DNA from: Octopus sinensis
Taxonomy: Eukaryota
Assembly (NCBI RefSeq): GCF_006345805.1
Contig: NC_043018.1
Span: 6,820,001 to 6,884,000, forward strand
Direction of reading: 5' to 3'
Length of the DNA: 64,000 nucleotides
In this document: one piece after another, positions 51,922 to 64,000 of the stretch
How the letters are laid out: every line of letters starts with the position of its first letter
Position numbering within the stretch: position 1 is the first letter of the stretch
Notes under the pieces: generated by a model
Seen by the model: the letters and a program-made list of their open reading frames with translations, nothing else
What the model was told of the DNA's origin: nothing
The model's database searches: none
Translations under genes and position numbers: made by a program

Positions 51922-52191
51922 GAGCAAATTTTATTCGACGCCGTCAATGAGAGAAAACTAAAATATTTTGGACACTTAATTGGAAAGAAAATGCTTTGCA
52001 GAGATTGATAATAGAAGGTAAAAGGAATGGTAAAGGGTTGGTGGGCGGAGGGGGGAAAGAACCAAGAATTACGTGGCAAGATAATATATGAAGAACTGGA
52101 GAGATTTAAAAGAAAGTAAATGTATATAGGGACATTATACAACAATGTCTTGATGGTCATCGGTCATATTCAAACTGGCTGAAGCAGGTAA

Positions 52192-52200
<9 letters not shown>
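51922..52200 (+). mobile_element. RTE (BovB-like) LINE C-terminal remnant
   Basis: ERKLKYFGHLI...LQRLIIEGK...PRITWQDNI, then (TAC)n. Confidence 0.7.
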
Positions 52201-52225
<25 letters not shown>

Positions 52226-52585
52226 GCTGTGCTGCTGCTACTATTTCTACTATTACTGCTGCTACTGTTGGTACTATTGGACATTATTATTATCATCTTT
52301 GTCATCTCCATTGTTTTTCATCATCAACATCATCATCATCGCCATTGCCCGACAGTTGCCCCCACCAGCACGACCACCCTCGTTATACACACATACACAC
52401 ACACACACACAAGCATACACATACACACACAAGCATACACATACACACACACATATATAAATCATTTCTAATCTGAAGAAGAAGAAATAAACGAAGATGA
52501 AAAATGCTCTGAGAATATATGAAGATTTATACAAAAGTTAAAATATATGTTATATTATTATTATAATTATTATTATTATTATTAT

Positions 52586-52599
<14 letters not shown>

Positions 52600-52620
<21 letters not shown>

Positions 52621-53210
52621 ATATTGAGTGAGAGAGCAGTGCATGCCATCAAAGTGACACTGAGATACAAATATACAAAGCCCAGTATACTCATCATGAC
52701 TACCCGTCTGACAAGGGTACAAAGGCAAATGCATCACAACCATATGTGTGCGACATGGTGATGTGATTTCATATCAAGATAAACAGAACATGACCTTGCA
52801 GGTGGGGCCCAGTTAGAATTTTCTTGTGGTCGAGTAACCTATCCCGCCTCAAAAGATCCCCGAATAAGGGTTGTTTATGAATTTTGAACAAAACACCCAT
52901 GTTTCCAAAGGTGAATTATCCAAACCTCTAATAATTCCTTTCAACACACGGCTATGATGTTCCCCCACTACTTCTGCTCGTGGTCAGAGATGCACATATC
53001 GTCAGCCACTAAGGGACATGCTCAACTGGTTAAGGTCAAACAACTGACAAGCAAATCTGTGGTATTGAACAGAATATTTGCTGTAGCCCATCTTTTATAC
53101 CAAGACAAAACAATGTACATGATAACACTTCCAATGAGTTAAGATCAGAAGCCATGTGAGCCACTGCCTGGTACTCCATGAGAGCCACTGCCTGGTACTG
53201 CATCAGGGCA
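52600..53210. mobile_element. Unclassified interspersed repeat between (TAG/TTA)n and (TTA)n
   Basis: GC-richer non-coding block bounded by trinucleotide tracts; internal 23-bp duplication near 53158-53200. Classification is inference. Confidence 0.35.
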
Positions 53211-53889
53211 TTTTATTATTATTATCATTATTATTATTATTATTATTTAAGGCAAGATGCCATGCAGTGGGACTGAACCCAGAACTATTTGGTTGGTAAG
53301 CAAGATACTTACCACACAGCCACTCCTGCAGCAATTTACATAGAATTTTGATAGAAGTCTTTAATTTAAGAATTTTGCTACCATTTCTCTGCTGAAATTC
53401 ACTGCATTTTTTTTCTTTTTTTAATTTAATCTTGAAAATCATTAAGAACTTTAAAAAATAATTCTGTTATTATCAACCTGATGTTTGGAACTTAAATTTA
53501 GATAGAATTTTGATATAGAATTTTGATTTAGATCACCGTAAGATTTTTGTAGCTTGTTTTTTTTTTTTTTGAAATGCACTGTTTTTATTTGAATTAATTT
53601 GGAAAATCATGACAAATTTTGTAACATAAGTTTGTCATTAGTAAATTGGTGTTTGCAACATAAATTAACATAAAATTTTGATTGGAAGATTTTAATTTCG
53701 CTCAATTTAAATTAGGAAGTCTGTAACATGCTATGAGTGACAGTTTCTGTCAGATTGGTACCAATAAGATTAAACAGAAAGATTCTGGTTCTTCTATGAA
53801 GATATAAAGCAATACATTACATGTTAGAGGTGCCACAACTGTCATCATCATCACCGTCATCATTATCAAACATCAAACATCATTTTATG

Positions 53890-54480
53890 CCCATTTTGTT
53901 TTACTGGCTTTCAGCACCGTATTTTCTTTGGTTTTTCCCCTTTTGACTTTGTCCTTCCCCTGTTGTCCTCCATGTTTGAACCAACGCAGGCTTCTCTCTT
54001 GCACTATACATCTGACTTGTTCTCCCCAGATTTTCTTTTTTCAGTTCATTTATTCTCTGTAATTCATGCACATTAGCATTTTACATCCGACAGAGCATGC
54101 TCATTTTATTTCCTGCCAACCTTCGTACAACCTAACCGCATTCAATTCGTCATTGCATTCCGTACAAAACCCTCATACAACCTATCTTTCATCTGGAAAA
54201 ATAATCCCTTTGTTACTAGCATAGTTATAATTCTTTGAACTTTTTCCACCCTGTTTCTATTCTGCCGGCAATGCTTCCAGAATGCCAACTTCTGCTACGG
54301 ATTTGTTCAACTAAATAAGAGCGGCTATCAACTACTCTTAGGGAGCTTTTGAAGCAAATAAAACGATTCATTTCATGGTTGCTTTTCCTGATATTTACTC
54401 CTGTTGCGTAAGCAGCATATGAGGTTCTTTCGCTTTGTCAGCGTTGCCTGTAATCCCACAGCATCCCTTGCATTGCTGCA
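53890..54480 (-). mobile_element. Old RTE LINE remnant
   Basis: LLVTKGLFFQMKDRLYEGFVRNAM matches LLVTKGLSLRVKGRLYDACVQTTM in the 14059 element. Confidence 0.7.
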
Positions 54481-54792
54481 GATTTATATTAGTGACATGC
54501 AAGCATGACTCTGTGCTTATGATGCCTGCAACTCTAATTATGGAGATTCAGGTTCAATTCTACAGTAGGGAACCATAGATAAGTACCATCCTACTATGTG
54601 TCAACCAAAGGCTTGTGAGAGAATTTGGTAGGGCAGACAGAAACTGAAAGTAGCCCACCTTCTATATATATATATGTGTGTGTATGTGTGTGTGTGTATG
54701 TACATATATATGTATGTATGTATACGAATGTATATATATATATATATATATATATACATTTATATATATATCATCATCATCATCATCATTGT

Positions 54793-54830
<38 letters not shown>

Positions 54831-55036
54831 ATATTGGGGGGGGGTAAGTCAATTACATCAAGCACAATGTTCAACTAGAACTTATTTTATCGACCCCAAA
54901 AGGATAAAAGGCAAAGTCAACCTCGGTGGAATTTGAACTCAGGACATGAAGACGGATGAAATGCCACAAAGCATTTTGCCCCGCATGCTAACACATCTGC
55001 CAGCAATAATAACCAAAGATTTGTTGTGAAACTTAC

Positions 55037-55231
55037 CGTTTCTTCACTGAGTGTGATAAGGAGTTGTATTCCATGCATCATTTTCTCTGATTTTGGCATC
55101 ATGAATATTTGCTTGATGAGTTCGTTGATAATGTCTGAATTCCAGAGACAGAAATATCCCAGGCAATATGCAGCCACCCATCTTTTCAGTAAACTGGAAC
55201 TGTTTAGGGCACCCCGTAGAATGTCTGCTGC
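55037..55231 (-). CDS. HEATR4: Internal coding exon of a HEAT-repeat protein, HEATR4-like
   Basis: Acceptor TTGTTTTCCTCTCAG and donor ACG|GTAAGT; 195 bp, 65 codons, open: AADILRGALNSSSLLKRWVAAYCLGYFCLWNSDIINELIKQIFMMPKSEKMMHGIQLLITLSEET. From memory it aligns without gaps to the vertebrate HEATR4 segment with W-AAA-CL ... Q-F ... LL--LSE-T. The symbol needs BLAST confirmation. Confidence 0.7.
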
Positions 55232-56663
55232 CTGAGAGGAAAACAAAAAATAAGTTTGAGTTATTAAGCAAATCCATAAATGAACAAACTGTTGAAATGG
55301 TCATTAGAAAATGCAAAAGAGATACAGGCATGGCTGTGTGGTTAAGAAACTTGCTTTGTAATATTGTGGTTTCAGGTTCAGTTCCACTTTGTGGCACGTT
55401 GGGCAAAAGTTTTCTATTAAATCTTTAAACTAACCGATGTCATCTGAAGGAATTTGGTAGACAGAACCTGAAAGTAACTTGCATTTTTTGACCTTTGATT
55501 TTTTACTTGTTTCAGGCATTAGACTGTGGCCATACTGGGGCATCACCTTGAAGAATTTTAGTTGAATGAATTGACCTCAGTACTTATTCTTTATAATCCC
55601 GGTACTTATTCTATCGGTCTCTCTTGCTGAATCGTTAAATTATAGGGATGTAAACACACAAACACTGGTTGTCAAGCGGTGGTGGGGACAAACACAGATA
55701 CAAAAACACACAGATACACACATGATGGTTGAGAAAAGGCTCAATTGGTGAAAGAAAGACATCCTTATTATAGCAGTTCTCGATCAGTCATGAAAACCAA
55801 GCAACATGAGAAAATATGTGTATTTTGCAAGCTTTCAATGAATGTGACAACGAAATCACGTGCAAACGGCTGCTTTCCCAGAACAGAAAAGATTTGGTTA
55901 CTATTTCTTGCACACCCTGCTACCACATAACAGGTATTTCCAGTCCTCTATTGGAAATAGCTGTTACGTGGTAGCAGGCATGTTAGAAATAGCAGCCAAA
56001 TCTTTGGAGGTGAGATACGTTGAATGCAGTAAAAAAAAACCCCATGGATAAAAGATATTTCACACCTAGATTATGAACAGATCTTTTACGAAATATTTAC
56101 TGTATTTTTAGAGTCATTTCGATTTTAAAATATATTTAAATATGCCAAAAACAATTTTTGTAATGGTATTCCCTTGAAAATAATCTAAAAAACAGAATAT
56201 TGTCTGTTTAAAGAAAGCTAAAATATAAATCCTGCACAAACAGCTTACATTTTTGAAATCACATTCATTTAAAAATATTTCTAAATGACTAAAATATTGT
56301 GTTTAACAAAAGTGAAACTAGAAACATTTATTGTAAAAAAAACTCATATTTTTTTCATTGTCCCTGTGTCTAATAGAAAGATAAAAGTTCATTCCCTTTC
56401 AGGATGAAGATTATTTTCGGAATATTTTCCCATTATGTACCGTTTTTGGTATTTATACCTGAAAACTTCTAATATCTTTAAAACTATTTGTCTGATTTAT
56501 GTGAAACTTGTTTTATTCCGTTCGTGTTAACATTTCAGGGTAAACTTAGTTCATAGTATTTTCCCATTATGCGCCAGTTTGACTGGGTAACATTGTAAGC
56601 AAGCAAGTAAGATTCAAACTGACTTTTAGTGTATTGTAGATAATGATAATGATGATGATGATG

Positions 56664-56728
<65 letters not shown>

Positions 56729-56904
56729 AACAACAACAGAGTACAGTACTGGGAAAGGTTTGCACACTCCCAACAGCAGAAAAGAACATGCAGTGCTGCA
56801 CACACCCCAGCAACACAGAGGTATAGCAGGTGATGCAGTAGAAATTTGCCTCAATCTACCAAATATTGAACAGTTATGTAATAATAATAATAATAATAAT
56901 AATA

Positions 56905-57050
56905 AACCCAGTTTAGTACACCTCCAGGAAACAGTGTCATTAGGGACAGCTAGGATACTTAGGAGGGTTCTTGGCATCTAAGGTTACTTGTTGTAGCCCA
57001 ATGTTAGGATTCTTTTCTTTTCCAACAGTCTAATCTGTTGTGTGTATATG
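56905..57050 (+). mobile_element. R4/Dong-like extreme 3' end in (TAA)n
   Basis: LQETVSLGTARILRRVLGI stop, flanked by (TAA)n. Confidence 0.75.
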
Positions 57051-57068
57051 AATAACAACAACAACAAC

Positions 57069-57136
<68 letters not shown>

Positions 57137-57151
57137 CACGACAATAATGAT

Positions 57152-57365
57152 AGTGTGGTGAGCTGGTAGAATTGTTAGCATGAAGGGCAAAATTCGTAGC
57201 AACATTTCATACATCATTACATTCTGGGTTCAAATCCCATCAATGTCGACTTTGCCTTCCTTTTCTTTCAGGGCTGATAAAATAAGTACCAGTTGAACAC
57301 TGGGTCAATGTAATCAACTTGCCCCCCTCCTGAAATTGCTGGCCTTGTACCAAAATTTGAAACCA
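57152..57365 (+). mobile_element. Meta-like SINE, diverged
   Basis: GGTGAGCTGGTAGAATTGTTAGC head and GTCGACTTTGCCTTCC...AAGTACCAGTT. Confidence 0.75.
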
Positions 57366-58597
57366 GTAATAACAATAATAATAATAATAATAATAATAAA
57401 GGGAGAGACTCTTAAATTATTTCATTGAACAAAAGGAAAAAAAAAATCAATGAAAAGTCTAATTCTTAGAAAATCTGCCAAAAATTTAAGAAAATCTGAG
57501 AAAATTTAAGAAAAACACAAAAAATCACCAGAATTTGAAAATAATCAAAGGAAATCAAAAGAAAATTCAGCACTTCTTCATTTTAGCATAGATTATTTTG
57601 AACAGTTTTTTATTATAATTTTTCTCTTTAAAAAAAAAAATGGTCTTTACCATTTTCTTCGTGATTTGAACACTAGAAATTCAGTATTGACAAAAAAATA
57701 GCTATGAAATAAAAATAGTTTAATCTAAAAAAAATAATGATTCAAAATAATTTTTTTACTCTAACATTTTTTTAACATCAGGAATTTACTATCGTTAGAG
57801 GATTTATAGTTGTACTATGTTTTTGTTTCGTTTTTGCATATTAAGTATATTTTGTTTGTATTTGTAGTGTAAAACTATATTCTGTTTGCACTTGTAATTA
57901 TTTTTCCATCTTTAAATAACTTGAAAAAGAAAAAAAAATCACAGCAGCATTCAGAAAGTGAAGCAACAAATACTTTCAGATGAAAAGCAAAATGTATTCA
58001 TATATTTCAAATAGTAACAAAATATATTTGCATAAAAGGAAGACTTCAGCTCTAAATCCTTTTTGTAATCTATTTCTGATTTTAAAAATTGTAATTAACA
58101 AAAAGAAAAAAAAAAACTATTAGTTTATTTACATATTTATTTAGTTTTACAAATTCTGAATCTCTGATGTTTAAAACATATAAATCCCAATACACTGTTT
58201 ATTTTTAAAAAGACTTAATAAAAAATAATTGGGAAAATGTTACGTAAAAAAAAACATGAAAATGAAAAGTCCTAAAAAGGACAACTTAACCAACTAAGAG
58301 CATCTTAAGACTTCTGTGAATTTTTTTTTTCTAAATTTATGAAAATCAAACAAATTTCTTAAATTAATCTAAATAAATAGCCTCTTATCTTTCACTTGCT
58401 TCAATCTTAGGACTGTGATGATGCTACAGCACTACCTTAAAAAATTTAGTTGAACAAACTGACACCAGAACTATTTTTACATCTGGCACTTAGTTATTCT
58501 ACCATTCTTTTTTGCCAAAGTTTATGGGGACATAAACAAACTATCACTGGTTGTGAAGTGGAAGGAGAGACAACCATAAACACAAAGCACAATACAA

Positions 58598-58628
<31 letters not shown>

Positions 58629-58629
58629 C

Positions 58630-59015
58630 CCCTGCCCGTAGGGTGCCAAGAGCACCATCCGAGCGTGATTGTTGCCAGAGCAGCCAACTGGCTCAGTGCT
58701 GGTGGCACATAAAAGGGTACCATTCAAGCGTGATCGTTACCAACGTCGCCTTACTGGCACCTGTGCCGGTGGTATGTGTAAAAAGATTCGAGCGAGGTCA
58801 TTGCCAGTACCGCCTGACTGGCCCTGTGCCAGTGGCATGTAAAAAGCACCCACTACACTCTCAGAGTGGTTGGCGTTAGGAAGGGCATCCAGCTGTAGAA
58901 ACTCTGCCAGATCAAGATTGGAGCCTGGTGCGTCCGTCTGGTTCACCAGCCCTCAGTCAAAATCGTCCAACCCATGCTAGCATGGAAGGCGGACGTTATA
59001 CAATGATGATGATGA
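58630..59015 (+). mobile_element. RTE 3' UTR, variant subfamily
   Basis: Four repeat units and a (GAT)n tail; spacers as at 31715. Confidence 0.8.
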
Positions 59016-59214
59016 GGATATGTGTGTATATATGTTAAAACTGTAACATAAATATACATATACATGCATATATGTTACAACTGTAACATCCTACATATAT
59101 TTTTACTTTTAATTTTATTCTCTTATTTCCCATTATACTTCCTATATCCATCTTTTACCAAAATAACACCTTATATTGAACACTACTATTTCTATCTAGT
59201 TAACTCTCTCATAT

Positions 59215-59265
59215 CATCTCTGATGATGGGATATTCTTAATCTCCTAGAAACAGCTGTAGAACTA
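59215..59265 (+). ncRNA. Hammerhead-like motif with intact core but weak stem I
   Basis: CUGAUGA (59220-59226), stem II UGGGA/UCCUA, GAAA, stem III AC-AGCU-GU, GUA. Confidence 0.5.
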
Positions 59266-59379
59266 CCTTTCTCTATATAAATGTCCTATAAATTCCACCC
59301 AGCCTAGGTTTTGTTGGCTCATTTTATTTAAAATATATGTGTATGTATGTGTATGTGCATGTGCATGTGTATGTAAATG

Positions 59380-59458
<79 letters not shown>

Positions 59459-59639
59459 GTATATATTATATATATGTATATATATATATATGCATGTAGT
59501 AAAAAAGAGTTTTGTTTGAGATTTTATTCATGTGGTGAGTTGCAGTGAAAAAAATATACAATAAAAGAAAGAAAATTTATAATTATATATATATAATTAT
59601 ATAATTTATATATTTTTAATATATTTTAAAGTATAGAAT

Positions 59640-61500
59640 ACTATGGTAGCCAACCAGCTTTGCATTTTGCTAATCATGACATTGAACTGGTGAAAATATT
59701 CCATATTTTCTTAAAAAGTTTTTAGTCCATGTTGCTTGTATGAGGATTTGTTTGTAAAGGAATCCGCATTTGTTTGTAAATGAATCTAAGGGGAGATAAT
59801 TGGTGATTGTCATTATTTGAGACAAGGGAGTTAATTGCACTTTTTTGGGTGGGGTATACTTTTTGGGGAGGGTAAATGTTTATAGAAACTCTTGAGTTTA
59901 AGTAGGGAAATAAAATATGCACAGTTTTAGTTATGCATTCATGACTAAAAATATTTACAAAAACCAAAGTTGGTTATGCATTCATATTCAGGCGTAGTTT
60001 GTATTTTTCAATGAATATATTTTCTTTATTTAGTTATTCTTGTATAGAAACTGTTTCCTTGCACTAGTAGATGGGGAAAAGCATGAAGTTTGTTTGGAGA
60101 TTCCCTGCACATCTCTTTATGCATTCACTCAATTTGTATCTGTTTATATGTTAGGAAATGGATCACTTCTTATGTAGTGTAGTTCTCCAGCTAAGTGACT
60201 TCTTTGCTTGGCCTATATAATTTGAAACCTTCCACTAGGTTGGGACATATTCCACAATTTGGACATCACCAATTTTTTAAGTTTTGGTTTTGTTGTTGTT
60301 GGGTATAGCTTCACATTTCTCAGTCTTTTTAGTGATTTGAGTTGTTTTTACAATTGATGAATTTGTGCATTTGTAGAATGTGGTTCATCTTTGGATCCCT
60401 AGTGAACTCTGGTACATTTTGAATAATGGGGTGTATGCCTCAGTATTTTTAGATAAGGTATGGGATTTTATTTTGTTTTCCTTAGCGTTTTGATGCCTAT
60501 TTTCTTCACTGGTTTATTTCCATCATCTATAAGTGAGGGTGGATAATGTCTCTTGGCTGGTGTTCTTCTGAAGTTTTGAAGTCAAAGGTCCCAAGTATTT
60601 GTGTCAGACAATATTGTGCAAATCCTTTTCGGTAAATTAAAAGGAATATTTCTTTTCATGGGTTTTAGGTGGCATCAACCAAACAGAAGATACTGCCTTG
60701 AGTCTATTGGTTTATGATAGATATCAGCTTCAATTTGGTTGCTGACATTTTCCTATCAAAATATCTAGAAATATATCTAGGAGAAGGAGTGGCTGTGTGG
60801 TAAGTAGCTTGCTTACCAACCACATGGTTCTGGGTTCAGTCCCACTGTGTGGCACTTTGGGCAAGTATGTTCTACTATAGCCTCGAGCCAAACCCTTGTG
60901 AGTGGATTTGGTAGACAGAAACTGAAAGAAGCCCGTCGTATATATGTATATGTATATGTATGTATATATATATATATCATCATCATCATCATCATCATCA
61001 TCGTTTAGCGTCCGTTTTCCATGCTAGCATATATATATGTATGTGTGTATGTTTGTGTGTCTGTGTTTGTCCCCCCAACATCACTTGACAACTGATGTTG
61101 GTGTGTTTACGTCCCCGTAACTTAGTGGTTCGGCAAAAGAGACCGATAGAATAAGTACTAGGCTTACAAAGAAAAAGTCCTGGGGTTGATTTGCTCGACT
61201 AAAGGCGGTGCTCCAGCATGGCCACAGCCAAATGACTGAAACGAGTAAAAGAGTAAAAGAGTAAATGGAAGTTGTCCTTTGCTATATTCCATTGTAAACT
61301 GAATATTTGGTTTTATATTATTTAGTATTGATATAAATTCAAAGAGTTTATCAATGGTCTCATTCCAAATGACAAAGCATTCATCCAGATATCTTTTCCA
61401 GTCCTCTCTCATATAATGGTAACATGGGGTATCCCTATTTTTGTGGTGATACTTCATATAAGGTTAATTTTAAATATCCTATTATTAGGTTCGCAAGAGA
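59640..61500 (-). mobile_element. Decayed Penelope-like element (RT and downstream region), split by a CORE SINE at 60782-61265
   Basis: WKRYLDECFVIW...LNNIKPNIQFTMEYSKGQLPF|LDILI, DIYHKPIDSRQYL, KRNIPFNLPKRICTILSD and HYPPSLI. Confidence 0.85.
60782..61265 (+). mobile_element. Full-length CORE-type SINE with a ~50-bp RTE 3' tip (60977-61030, minus) inside its linker
   Basis: (ATC)n-GTTTAGCGTCCGTTTTCCATGCTAGCAT sits within (TA)n. Confidence 0.85.
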
Positions 61501-61620
61501 TGGGGGTGCATTTGTTCCCATCGCAATTCCACACACCTATCAGTAGTAGGTGTCATCAAATAGAAACTAATTGTTCTAGAGAATAAATTTTAAAGTATAT
61601 ATCATCATATATATATATAT

Positions 61621-61890
61621 AATGTTATAATAAAAACCACAAATCTTATCAAATACAGCTACCCAGGGTTTCGTGATCGAAATAATTTATTTTACCATTT
61701 TTCAAGCTGTGAAAAAGACCATTTGTGAGTTGTCATTTGAGCAGATGTTCACAGCTTGAAAAATGGTAAAATTAATTATTTTGACCAGGAAACCCTGGGT
61801 AGCTGTTTTTTAGCATTTGTGGTTTTTGTTATAACATTATATTTAGTCTCTTAACTGACTGACTGCTTTTCTACATGTTGAAGCTTTACC
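61621..61890 (+). mobile_element. Fold-back PLE-like fragment with a hammerhead-like scaffold
   Basis: Arms 61621-61713 and 61749-61838. CAGC-TTGAAAA-ATGGT...GACCA-G-GAAA-CCCTGGGT-A-GCTG. Confidence 0.65.
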
Positions 61891-61980
61891 ACATAATATA
61901 TATACACATATATATATATATATATACTCACACACACACACACATACATACATACATACATACATACAAATATACATACA

Positions 61981-62012
<32 letters not shown>

Positions 62013-62779
62013 TATACATATATTAATATGTATGTATATATATGTGTATATATATATATATACATATATAAATATGTATGCATATATATGTGTATATATA
62101 TATATATATACACACACACATAGATACAAATATACATACATGTGTGGGTATGTATATATATATATGTATACATGTATATGTATATATATGTATATGTATA
62201 TATACACACACACACACACACATCATATATATATATACACACATGTTAATGTACTTGTTTTGCAAAATTCCTGATGTGAAATCATGTGTTGAAACAGATA
62301 TAAAGAAAATGACCATCCCAAAATATAACAATATATAAATTTATATATATATAGGTAGATAGATAGATTAGACAGATAGATAGATATACATACAAAGAGA
62401 GAGGGTGGAGGGAGAGTGAACAACAATAGCAACAACAACAACAGCAGCAACAACAAGACAGAGCAAGAGAGATATATAAGATGTGTTCCCACCCAGTTTC
62501 TGTCTACCAAATTCACCGACAAGGCATTGATCAGCCCATGGTTATAGTGGAATACATTCAGGCAAATCCCAAGTGCCTTGCAGTGAACTGAGACTGAAAC
62601 AATGTGGTTGCAAAGCAAGCCTCTTGACCACACAACCACGCAATTTTTTTTTATGATTTATGAAATTTAACAAAAAGACAGAAAATTTTAGAAAGTGAAA
62701 ACACGTCGAAAGATCTGAAAAATTTAAGCAAAAAAAAACTAAACAAGAAATCTAATTAAGGAGAATCTTTATTCTTTTA

Positions 62780-62999
62780 TTTGTTTCCCTCATCTGACTG
62801 TGGCCATGCTGGAGCACCACCTTCAAGGGTTATAGTTGAAGAAATCAACCCCAGGACTTATTCTTTGTAAACCTAGTACTTATTCTATCAATCTGTTTTG
62901 GCGAATCACTAAGTTACACAGATGTAAACACACCAACATCAGTTGTCAAGTGATGGGGGAGTAACAAACACAGACACACACACAAATATATACATATGT

Positions 63000-63045
<46 letters not shown>

Positions 63046-63338
63046 ATATATATAATCAAAATAAGCAACAAGTATATCTTCGGTAATTTGGTACGATCGT
63101 TTCATGCTACTTCATTTTATTAAACATTGTAAGTATTACATCAGAAGTAGCATGAACGATCGTACCAAATTACCGAAGATATACTTGTTGCTTATTTTTG
63201 ATCATAATCATCCCATGGATTTATATGGATAATACCATACAAAATTCTGGTGCCTCTGACTTAAGTACCATATTCATTTGAATCTAAATTATGCTGAATT
63301 TATATATATATATATATTAGAAAGATAGATAAATAGAT

Positions 63339-63386
<48 letters not shown>

Positions 63387-63399
63387 CTAGCTAGCTAGC

Positions 63400-63478
<79 letters not shown>

Positions 63479-63650
63479 GGATAGATTATAGATAGATAAC
63501 AGGCTTCTTTCAATTTCTGTCTTCCAAATCCACTCACAAGGGTTTGGTTGGCCTGAGGCTATAGCAGAAGACACTTGCCCAAGATGCCATGCAATGGGAC
63601 TGAACCTGGAACCATGTTGTTGAGAAGCTAGCTTCTTACCACACATCCAC
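62780..63650 (-). mobile_element. CORE-type SINE expanded by a PLE fold-back (63055-63300) and (GATA)n inside its linker
   Basis: 3' module 62780-62990 and head 63497-63650. PLE arms 63055-63112 and 63145-63202 are homologous to 33403 and 39710. Confidence 0.75.
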
Positions 63651-63789
63651 ACTTATGCCTATGTAAATATAACATGCAAAATCCTCTCATGGTTTTAGGT
63701 TCAGTCTCACTGTGTGACATCTTGGGGAAATGTTTTCTACAATAATAGTCTTTGGTTGATTTGGTAGACAGAAAATACTCAGATGCATG

Positions 63790-64000
63790 TGTCATGTATG
63801 TCTGTGTGTTTGTGTGTATGTGTGTACATATGTGTCGTGTGTGTATGTACGTGTGTACATATGTGTCTGTGTGTGTGTATGTATGTGTGTACATATGTAT
63901 CTGTGTGTATGTACGTGTGTACATATGTGTCTGTGTGTGTGTATGTATGTGTGTACATATGTGTCTGTGTATGTGTGTATGTACGTGTGTACATATATGT
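63790..64000. repeat. ~30-34-bp TG-rich minisatellite
   Basis: Unit GTGTGTATGTA(C/T)GTGTGTACATATGT repeated to the window end. Confidence 0.8.

Overview
AT-rich, microsatellite-saturated animal genomic DNA. The repeat landscape suggests an octopus (inference from the SINE/LINE families; not verified). There are no prokaryotic features. Almost every ORF in the supplied track is a translation of simple repeats or a retroelement fragment. I can support one host-gene exon: minus strand, 55037-55231, 195 bp, phase 0/0, clean AG/GT sites, HEAT-repeat protein resembling HEATR4. The rest is nested transposon debris: tRNA-derived SINEs with CORE-, V- and Meta-like central domains; RTE, CR1 and R4/Dong LINE fragments; mariner remnants; hAT, piggyBac and mariner MITEs; two non-autonomous Helitrons; and many short Penelope-like (PLE) pieces. 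The most interesting signal is RNA-structural. (1) Several PLE pieces carry minimal type-I hammerhead ribozymes, including a near-perfect 341-bp palindrome with a hammerhead on each strand. (2) A ~190-bp element in three copies has a CUGUAGA core in place of the canonical CUGAUGA. (3) At least seven fold-back PLE insertions sit in (TA)n tracts. (4) The RTE 3' UTR is an array of palindromic direct repeats with variable spacers. Coordinates of decayed repeats are approximate (about +/-10-20 bp).
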